64,000 nucleotides of DNA from positions 90,458,001 through 90,522,000 of the forward strand of contig NC_043000.1 in assembly GCF_006345805.1 (NCBI RefSeq). The letters run 5' to 3'. Numbering within the stretch: the stretch's first letter is position 1; each line of letters starts with the position of its first letter. Origin of the DNA: Octopus sinensis. Lineage: Eukaryota. Below, one piece after another: positions 1-12,519 of the stretch. The position numbers and the translations under genes were made by a program. The notes beneath the pieces are model-generated. The model searched no databases and was not told where the DNA came from. It worked only from the letters and a program-made list of their open reading frames with translations.

Positions 1-67
1 GTGTGTCTATGCTTTTTGTTTTACTACATTTCAATCTTCTAAAGCATGTTGAGATGCGGTTGATGTA

Positions 68-895
68 CAGGGTGGGGCAGAGAAGACGGATGTTTTTGAA
101 ATTGCTATTACTCAGTGGGAGGGACGTATGTCTGACTGGTACCATTCGGTCTTGGTGTCTCACCACGGCGCTGTGGACGATAGAGCATCGCGTGTTTGCC
201 TACGACTGTTACGACAGTTCAGCGTGAGTTTCGGCGTCACTTCAACATTCACCGAAATCAGGTTGTTCTCACTCGTAACGTTGGGTGAATGTACTCTGTA
301 CACGAGATACACTAATGAATAGGAGACTGGTGGGGGTGCCACGAACGGTACAGACCCCAGAAAATGTGGAACGCGCCAAACAAGTGTTGATATGGAGTCC
401 AAATCGCTCTACTCGGATGCATTTCACTGAACTTGGCATCGGTAATCGATCGATAAGGTGTATTTTGTATGAAGGCCTGTATTTCCACCCGTACAAATTG
501 GTCATTGGGCAACAGTTGAAACCATGGGACTGTGCACAGCGGCTTAACTTCCTCCGTGAGATGGAAGCAGTTTTTGAGGCAAATGTCAACCTCATTTTGT
601 TAACGAGTGATGAAGCTCATTTTTATCTCAATGGTATGGTGAACAAACAGAAGTGTCGTTATTGGGCTCTTGAAAATCCAAGAGAACTGCACGAAAGACT
701 ACTGTACAACACAAAAGTGACGGTCTGGTGTGCTGTTGGAAAAGCTGCCGTCCCTAGTCCTTACTTTTTTGAAGAAAATAATGGAAATGCTGTTACTGTG
801 AATTCCGAGCGTTACATCGAGATGATAAACAACTTCTTTGTGTCTGAATTACGACGAAAACGTATGTTTATTCGACGTGTGTGGTTTCAGCAGGA
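68..895 (+). mobile_element. Tc1/mariner-superfamily element (rosa/DD41D-like), frameshifted and 3'-truncated transposase
   Basis: TA then TIR-like CAGGGTGGGGCAG at 68. Frames read ALWTIEHRVFAYD..TVQREFRRHFNIHRN. ORF 285-956 has RSTR HTH, FHPYKL, SDEAHFYLNGMVNKQKCRYW, VTVWCAVG, PYFFE, VTVNSERY and WFQQD, then breaks off into (TA)n right after the second catalytic D. Confidence 0.85.
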
Positions 896-1596
896 TATAT
901 ATATATATAATGAAGAAATAAATAGGATAATTATTCTCCTTATACAGCACAACTAACTAGCGCTCTAATAGAGCCCCAGCAATATAAACCAAGAAAGAGA
1001 GAACAAATTTCAAAGGTCAGTGTTCATATTCACTCAATATATTTCAAAGCGTCGGAATATTCCACAGCATATATAGGTGCGTTCATATACACAAGATATA
1101 ATATAAAAATGTATACATATATAAGTATATAAATACAAAAATGTACTTGCGACGTTGTATGTCCGTATTAAAATCAGTGACGATACTAAACTATGCTGAT
1201 GGTGAATGTATAGCGGTAATCCAAATAGATGAGAAAGTTGGTATAAAAGGATTTTGAAAGGAATCTTGAGCTGGTGCAAAGACTGAGGGCCGTTTCGAGA
1301 AGATATAGGTTGGTATGGGCGAGTTGATTCCAACCAATAACAATCATCTATATTTCTCTAATCAGAGTTAATCTAAAGGATTTATAAAAGAGTTACTTAA
1401 ATCTTAAAGCTTTTAGCAACATGAGAAATTTAAGAAGTTTTAAAAATCAAATGCTGTGTTGGAACATACTGTTCAGGTGGATGATATAATAAGAGCTAAA
1501 ATTACATGTTTAAATAAATTATGAAGCTATAGATAAGTGTTTTAAGATGAATCCAAATACATAAAGGTTAACTTGGCTAAAACCATATAAACTGAT

Positions 1597-1629
<33 letters not shown>

Positions 1630-2335
1630 TATATATAGGAATAAAAGTAGTTGAAAACGCACTGAGTTAAAATATTTTTTATTATTATAGTTAAAGATTT
1701 AGATGGTTTCACAGTTTACACTGATTTTCAAAAATTTGAAATAGAAAGATGTAGCCTATGTGGCAGCTGTTTTGCTTCTGGCTAGTGTTTGAATCTTGCC
1801 TTATTTTTATAGGGGGTTCATGGCTCAAACTAGTATATGTTTTGAATAGGGTTTGATTATATTTGGAGTGCCTTGATTGTAACGAGACATGCTCACTCAA
1901 CCGTGTCGGCCTTCATTTTAGGCGCAAAATATACTACCACGTGACACTAACGCACGGATGTAGCGGGAAACGTACACAAGGTTCTAAACTTAAGTGTTTG
2001 TAGAGAATGAACACGTGATTATGTCACTTGTTCATTCTCCACAAATACTTAACAGAAAACATTCAGACCATTGATTGTTTAGTACTACCTCTAGACTTGT
2101 TCAGTCAACTGTGACAACCTTAACTTGCGACGTTAAACATTGTCACTTGATACTAACACACGGACGTAGTAGGGAACCTATAAAAATTTCTAAGACTAGT
2201 CATGTGACTATCCTCTACCAGTCAAACCTTATTCAAAACATATACTAATTTGAGCCAAGAACTCCCCTAATAAAAATAGCGCATGCTTCAAACACTAGTC
2301 AGAAGACAGCTGCCGACATAAGCCACGTCTTTCTA

Positions 2336-3583
2336 TCAGGCCATGCCATAAGTTCTGTCCGAATTTTTAATAAAGAAAACAAGCGATCAAATGTTATATT
2401 TAATTGAAATTTAATCATCAATGTACTTTCCTCGATTATCTATGACTTCCTTCCATCCATTTACAAGCTTCTTAATCCCATCAATGTAAAACTCTTTTGG
2501 TTTCAAAGCGAAGTACTCTGAAATGTCAGTTTCGACCTCCTAGCTTGCGAAAGTTATGTCCCCCAAATGATTCTGTAAACTACGAAACAAATGGTAGTCT
2601 GAAGGAGCAAGGTCGGGAGAATTAGGTGAATAAAGAATTTTTCCAACCAAGCTCTTCGATCTTCTTTGATGTGATCTTTGCAGTGTGGGGTCGCGCATTG
2701 TCCTGATGAAGCATCATACCTTTTCGATTCATTAAAGCGGGTCTTTTTTCCTTCAAAGCTTGTTTCAAAAGCTCTAATTACTGACAGTAGACTTGATCAT
2801 TGATTGTTGCATCAGGTGGTAACAATTCGCCAGATAGAGAGAACCTTTTTTTTCCATGAAGTTCCCTTTTTGGTTGTGGTTGAGCTTCTCTTTTACCAAG
2901 CTACTGTTTACGACGTTTAACATTTCGATAGAAGATCCAATTTTCGTCACCAGTCACAAGTCTGTTCAAAAAGGGTGAAATGAGTTTGCGAGAATGGAGA
3001 GAAGAGCAGATGTCAACTCTGGATTTGTGGTTGGTTGCTTTCGGACAATTCATGAGGCACCCATTTTCCAAGTCTAGGAACCTTTCCAAGTTGTTGAAGA
3101 TGACGATGAACAGTTTTATGGTTTGAATTAAGCTTTATTGCCAATTCTTCAACTGATAATGTAGGATTTTCTTCAAGTAATACCTCAAGGAGCTTATCAT
3201 CAAACTCAACTCCTGTTCATTCTTCAACTTCAAGGCTGAAATCTCCACTTTTGAATTTTGCAAACCATCTTTTGCAAGTTCTTTCATTCAAGCATTCTTT
3301 CCCATAAACTGAGTGTATGTTTTGAGTCGCTTCAGCTGCAGTTTCCTTCTTTGTACTCATAAAGCATTATGTGCCTTAAATCTCTTTGGATACTTCCATG
3401 TTAGAAAGGGTTTTAATCAAAGAAATTTTAATTCTATTATTCTGTAAAATAATATTTTATTAGTTTAAATGTACACAAATGCATAAAAATAATTTTAAAA
3501 TTTCATTACACATTCTAAAACACTATTAAATTTCATTCAGTTTTAAAAAGGTAAAATCGGACAGAACTTATGGGATGACCTGA
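2336..3583 (-). mobile_element. Full-length decayed mariner (DD34D-type) transposon
   Basis: TIRs TCAGGCCATGCCATAAGTTCTGTCCGA / TCGGACAGAACTTATGGGATGACCTGA, TA duplication at 2334-5 and 3584-5, length ~1.25 kb. Confidence 0.93.
2411..3399 (-). pseudogene. Mariner transposase pseudogene
   Basis: Minus-strand motifs LVTGDENWIFY, LHQDNARPHTA and SPDLAPSDYHLFRSLQNHL, with multiple stops and frameshifts. Confidence 0.9.
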
Positions 3584-3744
3584 TATTTCAAATTTTTGAA
3601 AAATCAGTATAAACTGTGAAACCGGCGTAATCTTTAAATATAATAATAAAACATATTTTAACTATTCTGAATGCATTTTCAAGTTCTATTTTTCCTATAT
3701 TTCTACCCACGTGGAATAAAATAACTTAATTTTTTTTCTTTCTC

Positions 3745-3882
3745 TTTATATATATATATATATATTGGAGGTTATCATAATTTCTCATATATATGTATAT
3801 ATAAATGCATGCATATATATAATATATAATATATACACGTACTTACATATATATAGATATATATATATAGATATATATATAG

Positions 3883-3913
<31 letters not shown>

Positions 3914-4395
3914 CATACATATATATATATACATAAATATATACATACATATGTACATACACACACACACACACACATATATATATGATGGTTCAAAAAT
4001 ATGCAAAAGATATACAAAAAGACAGAGACAGATGTAAGAACAACAAACAGGATAGAGTAGTTTGACGCTAAGGAAAAATGGAAGAAGTCTTTGACGTTTC
4101 GAGTTTACTCTTCTCCACAGAAAGGATGGAAAGTATATATGCATACATACATACATAAATGCATAAGCACATACATACATACATACATACATACATACAT
4201 ACATACATACATGCATACATACATAAATGCTTAAGCACATATATACATGCATACAAACATACATATATGCATACATATACATGCATACATGCATACATAC
4301 ATACGTGCATACATACATACACACATACATACATACTTATACACATACATACATACACACACAAACATAATACACACACATATTTACATGTATGA
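3745..4395. repeat. (TA)n/(CA)n/(CATA)n microsatellite block
   Basis: Direct reading. Confidence 0.9.
4089..4124 (-). ncRNA. Degenerate minimal hammerhead-like motif (family 2)
   Basis: Minus strand CUUU-CUGUGGA-GAA-GAGU-AA-ACUC-GAAA-CG-UC-AAAG. Flanks resemble the copy at 34262-34470. Confidence 0.4.
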
Positions 4396-4669
4396 AAGTT
4401 TCTGACTGTCAAAGGGGAGGGGGAGGAGGAGAGAAATGAGAGAAGTAACATCACATCGTGTTCTTAAAAATTCTTTCTCATAACAAGTGGTGGTTTGGAG
4501 GATCATCGGTTAAATCTTTGTGAATTAAGGAATGACACTTTGGAAGAGCATTCGTTAACAGATAATGCACTGTCATTCCGTTATTCGAGAATCAGTTTGG
4601 TTCGCATACTTATATACAAAACGACGATTTTTGACAAGAAACATTTTTTTTACAATGGCGACCAAGTTA

Positions 4670-4824
4670 ACTATGACGACGACGGCGGCAACGACGTTGT
4701 TGTTAATGATGACAACGACGACGATGATGATGATGATATTGATGATGATGGCAGTTTTGATGGTGGTGTTGGTGGTTATTGTAATGCTGGTAATGGTCGT
4801 AACGATGATGATCGCCACCATAAC

Positions 4825-4865
<41 letters not shown>

Positions 4866-5563
4866 CGATGATGATGATGAAGATGATGATGATGATAGTG
4901 GTGTTGATGGTATTGATGGTGATCATGAAGACGACGGCGACAACGAATACGACAATGTCGATGACGATGATGATGACGATGAGAAGGAGGGGAGGAAGAA
5001 GTAGACGGTGATGATGTTGTTGTTGTTACTGGTGGTGGTAGTGTAGGCAGTGTTGATGTTAATGTTGTTCTTGGTAATGATGATGTTCATGACGACGATG
5101 ATGATGATGGTGGCGGCGGCGGCGGCGGTGGTGGTGATGGTGGTGGTGGTGGTGAGGGTGGTGATGATGGCAAAACTGGGCGATGATGATGAATGGCATT
5201 GATGAAGATAAAGACTTTAAACATGATGATGCTGATGCTGATGCTGATGAGGATTATGATGATGGTGTGGTGGTGGTGAAAACGATAAAAACGACGTCGA
5301 TGATGATCACAATAATGATGATGATACCATTCGCCGCTGCTTGCGCCGCTTCCACCAACGACGACCACAACGACAATGGTGCTGCTGCTGATGATGAAGA
5401 TGATGAGAGCGAAGACAACGACGATGCTCGGGTCAAGTCAATAATCTTAATTTTAGCGCTGTATCTCACAGTTAAACCTGATATAACGCCTGTCTGCTTG
5501 GTTGTTTATATTCGTAAACCACTCTGCAACTGTGGACACACCGTATTTCTTCTTCTCTTCCTC

Positions 5564-5600
<37 letters not shown>

Positions 5601-6171
5601 CTTCTCCTTCTCCCTTAGCTTCTCCCTTTCCTTTTCTCCTTCCTTTCCATTGTTATAAGATGATGATGTCTGCAGGTTAAAAAGGCTGACGCTAGCGTTT
5701 GACATCAGCTTACATTAGAATCAACATTTAGAAAATTGGTAAATAATATCCCTTGGGGATGGTGGCGGCGGCGGTGGTGGTAGAGTGGCAGCAAGAGGAA
5801 GATGAAGGAAAGAGGAGAGAAGAAGCGAGTGGGCACGTAAACTGGAGATAGTCTTAGTGATGGTGGTGGCGGCGGCGGTGGCGGCGGAGGAGGAGGCAGT
5901 GGTGGCGGTGGCGGAGAAAGAAGAAACAGACAGCTAAGGTATAAGGTTTTATTCTCTTTGACATTGCTTACAGTTATCATCGCCATCATCATCATCGTCA
6001 TCATCGTATTCGTCATAATCATCATCATCATAATCATTACGCTCATAAACCTTCTCCCACATCTCCTTTTCCTTTTCTTCCTTCTCCTTCTTCCTCCTCT
6101 TCCTTCACTTCCTCCTCTTCCATCACTTCCTCCTCTTCCTTCACTTCCTCCTCCTCTTCCTCGTCATCATT

Positions 6172-6214
<43 letters not shown>

Positions 6215-6610
6215 CAACAACCGTTGTCATCACCATCACTGCAACCACCACCACCACCACCACCCTCCTCCTCCTCCTCATCATCATCATTACAACTATC
6301 ACCATCAACAACACCACCATCATCAATACAACCGTTGTCAATGTCGCTACCATCACCACAACCAACAGCAGCATCACCCCCCCACTATCACTACCACCAC
6401 CACTACTACTACTATCATCATCATCATCATCATCATCATTACCACCACCACCAACACCACCACCATCACGGTCGCCGTCGCCGCCACCAATACACCACCA
6501 CCACTACCGCGCCGCCGCCTCCACCGCCTCCACCGCCGCCACCGCCGCCACCGACGGCGTCGTCATCATCATCAGCAGTAGCAGCAGTAGCCGCAGTAGC
6601 AGCAGTAAGA
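4670..6610. repeat. Compound trinucleotide low-complexity region (GAT/GAC/GGT/CAT/CAC/CCT)
   Basis: Direct reading; source of the poly-D/H/P/M ORFs. Confidence 0.9.
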
Positions 6611-7031
6611 ATTATTCTCGTTCTCAATCCGTCGAGGACGTCACAAGGAGACAAAAGCCTGAATGAAGAAAGATATTCTGTTCTTTGACAATGTTGGACA
6701 ACAGTCAAAGGATTAATCCTCCGTGTTATAGAATTGTTAACTCAAGCAGTATATGGTGGATCTCCATCGTTCGACGGTGAGGATTCAGTTGTTCGATCAC
6801 CTGAATTACCTGCTCCTGAATTAACGCGTTAGTGGTTGGTCATTCCACAGATACATATCTTTTGCTATAATAATACTCGTGTTTTTCTCTGTCACAACAT
6901 ATGAATGAGAAAGAAAGGTGTGATAGATCAATAAGGAAGGAAGGGGTGATGACAAACTGGTAGTGGGAGCGTTTCAACTCTGTGTGAGTATATGTGTGTG
7001 TATGCAAAAAGGCGGTATGTGAATGTTTGTA

Positions 7032-7064
<33 letters not shown>

Positions 7065-7356
7065 TTGTGCGTGTGTGTGTTTGTGCGTGTGTGTGTGTGT
7101 GCGTGTGCAATGGAAGTGGAATGGTGAACATTCAATGAGGAAAAGAAAAATCAAACAGCGTTTCAACTCTGTGTGAGTAAATGTGTGATTGTGTGTGCGT
7201 GTACAAGTGGAAGTATGTGAATGTATGTGTGAACCAGCGTCCTTTCAGTAACAAACGATGATCGATATCACATTTCAAAAGACAATCACTAGATAACATT
7301 GACAAGTGTATTAATTTGATTTACCATTCATATTTATGTATAAAACACTACAATTA

Positions 7357-7389
7357 GCCGTCATTTTTGACGGCACGGGGCCAGCTAGT
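7357..7389 (+). mobile_element. Helitron-type 3' terminus
   Basis: Hairpin GCCGTCA-TTTT-TGACGGC (7357-7374), 10-nt spacer, then CTAG|T (7385-7389). 5' end not located. Confidence 0.55.
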
Positions 7390-7451
7390 ACCTTTAATAA
7401 TTCTCAAGAAGAATGAGCTGGACACCAGCTGGAAAAGAATACATCCACCAA

Positions 7452-7626
7452 GGACTTAAAATTATCGACTGGGACTTAATATCATCATCTGGGACTTAAT
7501 AACACAGTCTTAGACTTAAGAGCATCTCCTGGGACGTAATAGCGCCGCCAATCGGGGTTTAATAGCATCAAGTGTGACTTAATACGGCAATTGAAAACAT
7601 CCGTTGCGACTTAATAACACCACCTA
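7452..7626 (+). repeat. Degenerate ~20-bp tandem array with GGACTTAAT core
   Basis: About 8 units, e.g. GGGACTTAATATCATCATCT, GGGACTTAATAACACAGTCT, TAGACTTAAGAGCATCTCCT, GGGACGTAATAGCGCCGCCA. Confidence 0.75.
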
Positions 7627-7884
7627 ATTAGTAACCAAATCTGCCACAAAGCACACTCTAGAAAGTTTATACGAAAGTACACATTTGACAACGTATTTCC
7701 CCGGATGGAACTTCCTCTTATTTTTGTAAAAGGACGACTCGATCAAGTTAAACGACAACTACAGCAGCAATATCGAACAGTAGAAGAACAACAGCATCAG
7801 CAGTGACCACCACCACCACCACTATCGATGCATTTGGAGAAAAAAAAGCATGAAAAGAAAAAGAACATGAAGACAGTATCATCA

Positions 7885-8803
7885 TAGTTGATACCAGCCT
7901 GCTTGAAACCGCTCTTGATTCTGTGCTACAAATCCTTGTCTTAAAGGAATCTAATGTAAAACTTTGCATCAAAATTTCATGTTAATTTATGTTCCAAACA
8001 ACAGCTTCAGAATGCCATGATATTTTACTAAATTCTTCATTATTTTAAAAATTAATTGAAACAAAGGTGTATTTCAACAGAAACATGGTAACAAAAATGG
8101 TTAAAATGATCTAATTAAAACCTTACATGAAAATGTTGTTTTAATTTACGTTCTAAACATCAGCCGAAGAGTGCCAAAATCATTTAAATAAATTCTCAAT
8201 TTTTTGAAAATTAGCCGGAACAAAGTCAATAAAATTTAACAGAAATATGGTAACAAAGAGGTTAAAGTGATCTAAATTAAAACTTTCCTACAAAATGTCA
8301 TGTTAATTTATGTTCCAAACACTAATGCGTGCCAAAATTAAATAAATTCTTCATTATTTTCAAAACTAGCAATATCGCCCGGCGTTGCTCGGGTTTGTTT
8401 CGACTCTTTAGAATTGGAATTTTGCATTATGTAGCTTGTTATTCTCTTTAAGTGAACATTTTTCTGGTTGAAGTACACCGAAAATGGCGACGCAGCAATC
8501 AAAAAATCGTAAAGAAAAGAACCTTTTTGATGTAAATAGTTTTTGGTGTTAACATGGTCTGATTTGAATTTTATCTTCTAAGGAATGAAGAGCAAGTCTT
8601 CTTCTATCATACTCTCAATTTTGGTCAACTTGCGCCGCAGGGTCTTGGAGGAGATAGTGTTAGTTGAAGGCTACCAAACCTGCCACACACAGACAACTTC
8701 AGCTTTATATATATAGATAGATTAGTAAAAACATAGGTAGTGTATTTCAACAGAAATATGGTAACAAAGGGATTAAAGTGATCTATGGTAGCAAAAGGTT
8801 TAA
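7885..8803. repeat. ~160-bp tandem repeat (3 units), each unit ending near a TTAA-type terminus
   Basis: Units start TCTAA..AAAAC at ~7950, 8110 and 8271 and contain CAACAGAAATATGGTAACAAA..GGTTAA. Confidence 0.75.
8366..8721 (-). mobile_element. Non-autonomous Helitron
   Basis: Minus strand begins TCTATCTATATATATAAAG and ends with hairpin CCCGAGCAACGCCGGG + CGATATTG + CTAG. Inserted between A and T of the third 160-bp unit (CAAAA|TTAG) with no TSD. Confidence 0.75.
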
Positions 8804-8994
8804 CTCACCTGGCGCTGACCTCGCCGATAGAAGTACCGACAGCTGTTTATTGTTTCTTATTTTTTTCACCCTACGATTTGCATTTAGTAAGGGATAATGA
8901 TTCCTGTGATTCCTAAGATGATCTAAGAATTATATAACTGTAGACAGAATAATGGTCTGATAATTATTTGGCTGTCAGCCAATCAAAAGATAGC

Positions 8995-10125
8995 CTTAAT
9001 TGGTACTTAATTTATCGACTCCAAAAGGATGAAACGCAAACTTGACCTCGGCGGAATTTGAACGTAAAGCCGGAAGAAATGCTGCAAAGTATTTTGTCCG
9101 ATTGCTAACGAATCTGCCATCTTGCTGCCTTGGTAATAGTTTCAAATTTTGGCACAAAGCCAACAATTTCGGGGGAGGGTGTAGTCGATTACATCAACCC
9201 CAGTGCTTGAAGAGTACTTAATTTATCGACTCCAAAAGATGAAAAGCAAACTTGACCTCGGCGAAATTTGAACTCAGAACGTGAAGCAGGAAGAAATTCC
9301 ACGAAGTATTTTGTCCGTTGTGCTAACGAATCTGCCACCTTGCCGCCTTAATAATATTGGGTTGTCAGGAAAGTTCGTGTCGATTTATAGTAGCTTACCT
9401 TTCGACTTATTTTAGAACATGGTTGAGTCCATAAAGTAGGATTTGACTACACCTCCATTTAGAGCACATTTTAAGCTATCTTTTCGTGGAAGAAGGTTTA
9501 TGTTCCTATAACATGTGTTAATTTTGTAACCCTTTAAAATGGAAGATGAGAAAGTTCATTTTCGGCACTTGATGCTTTGGGAACCAGACAAAAATTGCTG
9601 CAGCTTGGCTGGGATGTGTTACCACACCCTCCATATTCATCAGATATTGCTCTTTCGGATTTCCACTTATTCAGGTCTCTGCAGAATTGTCTTAGTAGTG
9701 AAAATTTTAATTCCCTGGATGATGCAAAAAAATACCTTGATGAATTCTTTGCCATGAAACCAACTCAATTCTGGGAAGAGGGTATTTTCAAGTTAAAGAA
9801 AAGATGGAGACGCATTGTGCAACAAAATGGTTCATATTTGGTTGATTAAGAATGTAATGGCAAGTATTTATTGATCTAATTATTTCCTTTAAAAATCGGC
9901 ACGAACTTTCCGGGCAACTCAATAGTTTCAAATTTTGGCACAAAGCCAGCAATTTCGCGAGAAGGAACTAGTTAATTACTACTACTCCTGTAATCAAGTG
10001 GTTCTTATTTCACCGACTTCGAAAGGATAGGATGGGATGGGAAACACAGTCGACCTCGGCGGAATTTGAACTCAGAATATAAAGACGGGCGAAATGCGGC
10101 TGAGCATTTTTTCTGGCGTCACCTT
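8995..10125 (-). mobile_element. Three head-to-tail copies of tRNA-derived SINE family A (array interrupted by a mariner)
   Basis: Shared core TTTATCGAC..AAAGGATGAAA..GACCTCGGCGGAATTTGAACTCAGAA. Minus strand carries A-box-like GAGCTGGCAGAATCG and B-box GAGTTCAAATTCC. Confidence 0.85.
9357..9922 (+). mobile_element. Internally deleted mariner retaining the transposase C-terminus
   Basis: TIRs TTGGGTTGTCAGGAAAGTTCGTGTCGATTT / AAATCGGCACGAACTTTCCGGGCAACTCAA with TA TSD. MEDEKVHFRHLML is joined to LLQLGWDVLPHPPYSSDIALSDFHLFRSLQN. Confidence 0.92.
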
Positions 10126-10269
10126 GAAAAACAGGCTAACAGGTTAGACTAACAACAAATATAATAAATGGATAGACACAAATACGTGGGAAGATCTTTT
10201 ATTTTTTGTTATCTTCTTAAGGTCCAACACCACCAGTAATGCAGTATAATGCTTTCTCGATCACTATAT

Positions 10270-10476
10270 GTCCAGACAAACAGACCAGACAAACACAAAC
10301 ATACACAAACACACACGGACACATACAAACACAGACACACAAAGATACGTGCACACACATATGCTCTCTTTCTCTCCCTCTCTCCCTCCCCCATTCTCTG
10401 TCCGTTCTTTCTTCGTCTCTTTCACACATTATGCGCGCGCACCCCTACACATACCAGTGTGTGTATGGTGTGTATG

Positions 10477-10528
<52 letters not shown>

Positions 10529-10689
10529 GTCTGTATGCGTATATATTATATATATATATCAACAAATCTCTAAAAACACAAACGCACAAGCATACACATA
10601 TACCCAAACGTATATAGTCAAGCGTATAGTATGTATATATAGTATGTATGTATGTATGTATGTATGTATGTAGTATGTATGTATGTATG

Positions 10690-10767
<78 letters not shown>

Positions 10768-11150
10768 TAAAAGTAAACGCACACACAATATATATATATA
10801 TATATGCAAATAAATATATATATAAAACATAATTACATTCATATACATATATACAAACATACATATATACACACACACGGACACGTGCGCATACGCACAC
10901 ATGTATGCAAACCCATCAAATAGACAATCTCTGTTATACACTACAACACATTTGCCAGAAGAAAGCAGTTACGGAAGAAAATGGTAGACTATGATTTTAT
11001 ATTGCCCGTCTTCCTCCCCCATCCCCTCCCTCTCTCTCTCAGCCCTTCCCCTCTTTCTCTCTCTCTCTCCCTCCTTCCCTCTTTCGTTCCCTCTCTCTCT
11101 CTCTCTAACTCTCTCTCTGCTTCTGTCTATCTCTTTCTCTCTTCTGGCTC
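10270..11150. repeat. (CA)/(TA)/(TATG)/(CT) microsatellite block
   Basis: Direct reading. Confidence 0.9.
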
Positions 11151-11521
11151 TTTGGATGTCTTCCTTCTGGCGATATTTCAATACATTTCATTATGCCAGT
11201 TATCGACGGACCACAAATAAAACTAACTGCTCAAGATTTACTTTTTTTTTCCGTGTTTTTTTTTCTTTTAAATAAACTCTCAGTATATACTGACATTTAA
11301 AGTTTTTTTTTTCTTTCCCCTTCTACGTCTTCGTTTTTCACCTCCTTTCCTCAACACATTACTTACACATAGCACCACAATCTTTATCACCGCCACCGGA
11401 CTCCCAATACTTCCACCGCCGCCTTCACAACCACATTTACCGCCTCCTTCAGCACAGCCTTCATTGCAGCCGCCTCCACTTTCATCGACGCTACTACATC
11501 CATCACTACATCCACCCCCGG

Positions 11522-11697
11522 TTCTTCTTCTTCTTCTTCTTCTTCTTCTTCTTCTTCTTCTTCTTCTTCTTCTTCTTCTTCTTCTTCTTCTTCTTCTTCT
11601 TCTTCTTCTTCTTCTTCTTCTTCTTCTTCTTCTCTTCTTCTTCTTCTTCTTCTTCTTCTTCTTCTTCTTCTTCTTCTACTTTCTTTTCTTCCTCCTT

Positions 11698-11750
<53 letters not shown>

Positions 11751-11896
11751 CCTTTGTACTAAAGGTGCAAGGCCTGATATTTGGGGGTAGGAGGATAGTT
11801 GATTACATCGACCCCAGTACTCAACTGGTACTTAATTTATCGACACCGAAAGGATGAAAGGCATCCTTTCATCATGGATTTCATTTGTTTTACAGC

Positions 11897-11957
<61 letters not shown>

Positions 11958-11970
11958 AATAATAATAATG

Positions 11971-12022
<52 letters not shown>

Positions 12023-12036
12023 TGATGATGATGATA
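11522..12036. repeat. (CTT)n, (AAT)n, (TTA)n and (GAT)n tracts with a SINE-A fragment at 11751-11870
   Basis: Direct reading. Confidence 0.9.
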
Positions 12037-12079
12037 TTCTCACCTGAACCACAAACTTACGTGGAGACAAAGCAGAACA

Positions 12080-12305
12080 AAAAAAAAGAAGAGTAACGAA
12101 GATGAATACAATGGAAAAAATATGTCCTGGCAGTTTGCGAGAGAGGTAAAGTGGAATACAGACGCCGATGGCAAGTGGCACTGACTCAGGAAGAGTGACT
12201 TAAAACCAGACACAGACTCACTCATCTGTGCTGCGCAGGAACATACACTCAAAACAAATTACACCAAATGCAGAATTGACAACACATCAGAAAGAAACAA
12301 GCGGA
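12080..12305 (+). mobile_element. R4/Dong-like non-LTR retrotransposon fragment (post-RT region)
   Basis: From 12122: MSWQFAREVKWNTDADGKWH*LRKSDLKPDTDSLICAAQEHTLKTNYTKCRID, resembling the R4/Dong motif WL..GDLK.ETE.LI.AAQEQAL.TN. Confidence 0.7.
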
Positions 12306-12519
12306 AGTTACTTGACGGTTGTTTTCAGCACTTAAACGTAACCCAGCAGCATTAGTTCTAAGATCTGGTGGAAAGATGTGAGCTGGCATGATATGACCTT
12401 CGTTCTCACCACCCTTAAAACCATCACACTTGCTGGAAACGTAGTGTGCGTCATTTTGTGGACATCAGAAGGATCTGTACATAACCTACTGGCTCGAAAT
12501 TTTTCTTAGATGAAACAAT

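Larger units (their letters stand above)
1634..3700. repeat. Fold-back element with ~230-bp imperfect inverted arms, right arm split by a mariner
   Basis: 1634-1858 is reverse-complementary to 2222-2335 joined to 3584-3700 (e.g. TTTCACAGTTTACACTGATTTTCAAAAATTTGAAATAGAAAGA vs TCTTTCTA|TTTCAAATTTTTGAAAAATCAGTATAAACTGTGAAA). Lies between (TA)n tracts. Confidence 0.8.

Noticed and set aside
1034-1560. Possible Penelope GIY-YIG C-terminal relic on the minus strand (similarly 20200-20580)
   Set aside because: Only vague resemblance; no diagnostic motif readable without a profile search.
4495-6708. Long poly-D, poly-H, poly-P and poly-M ORFs
   Set aside because: They are translations of trinucleotide microsatellites, open in several frames on both strands, with no domain content or splice support.
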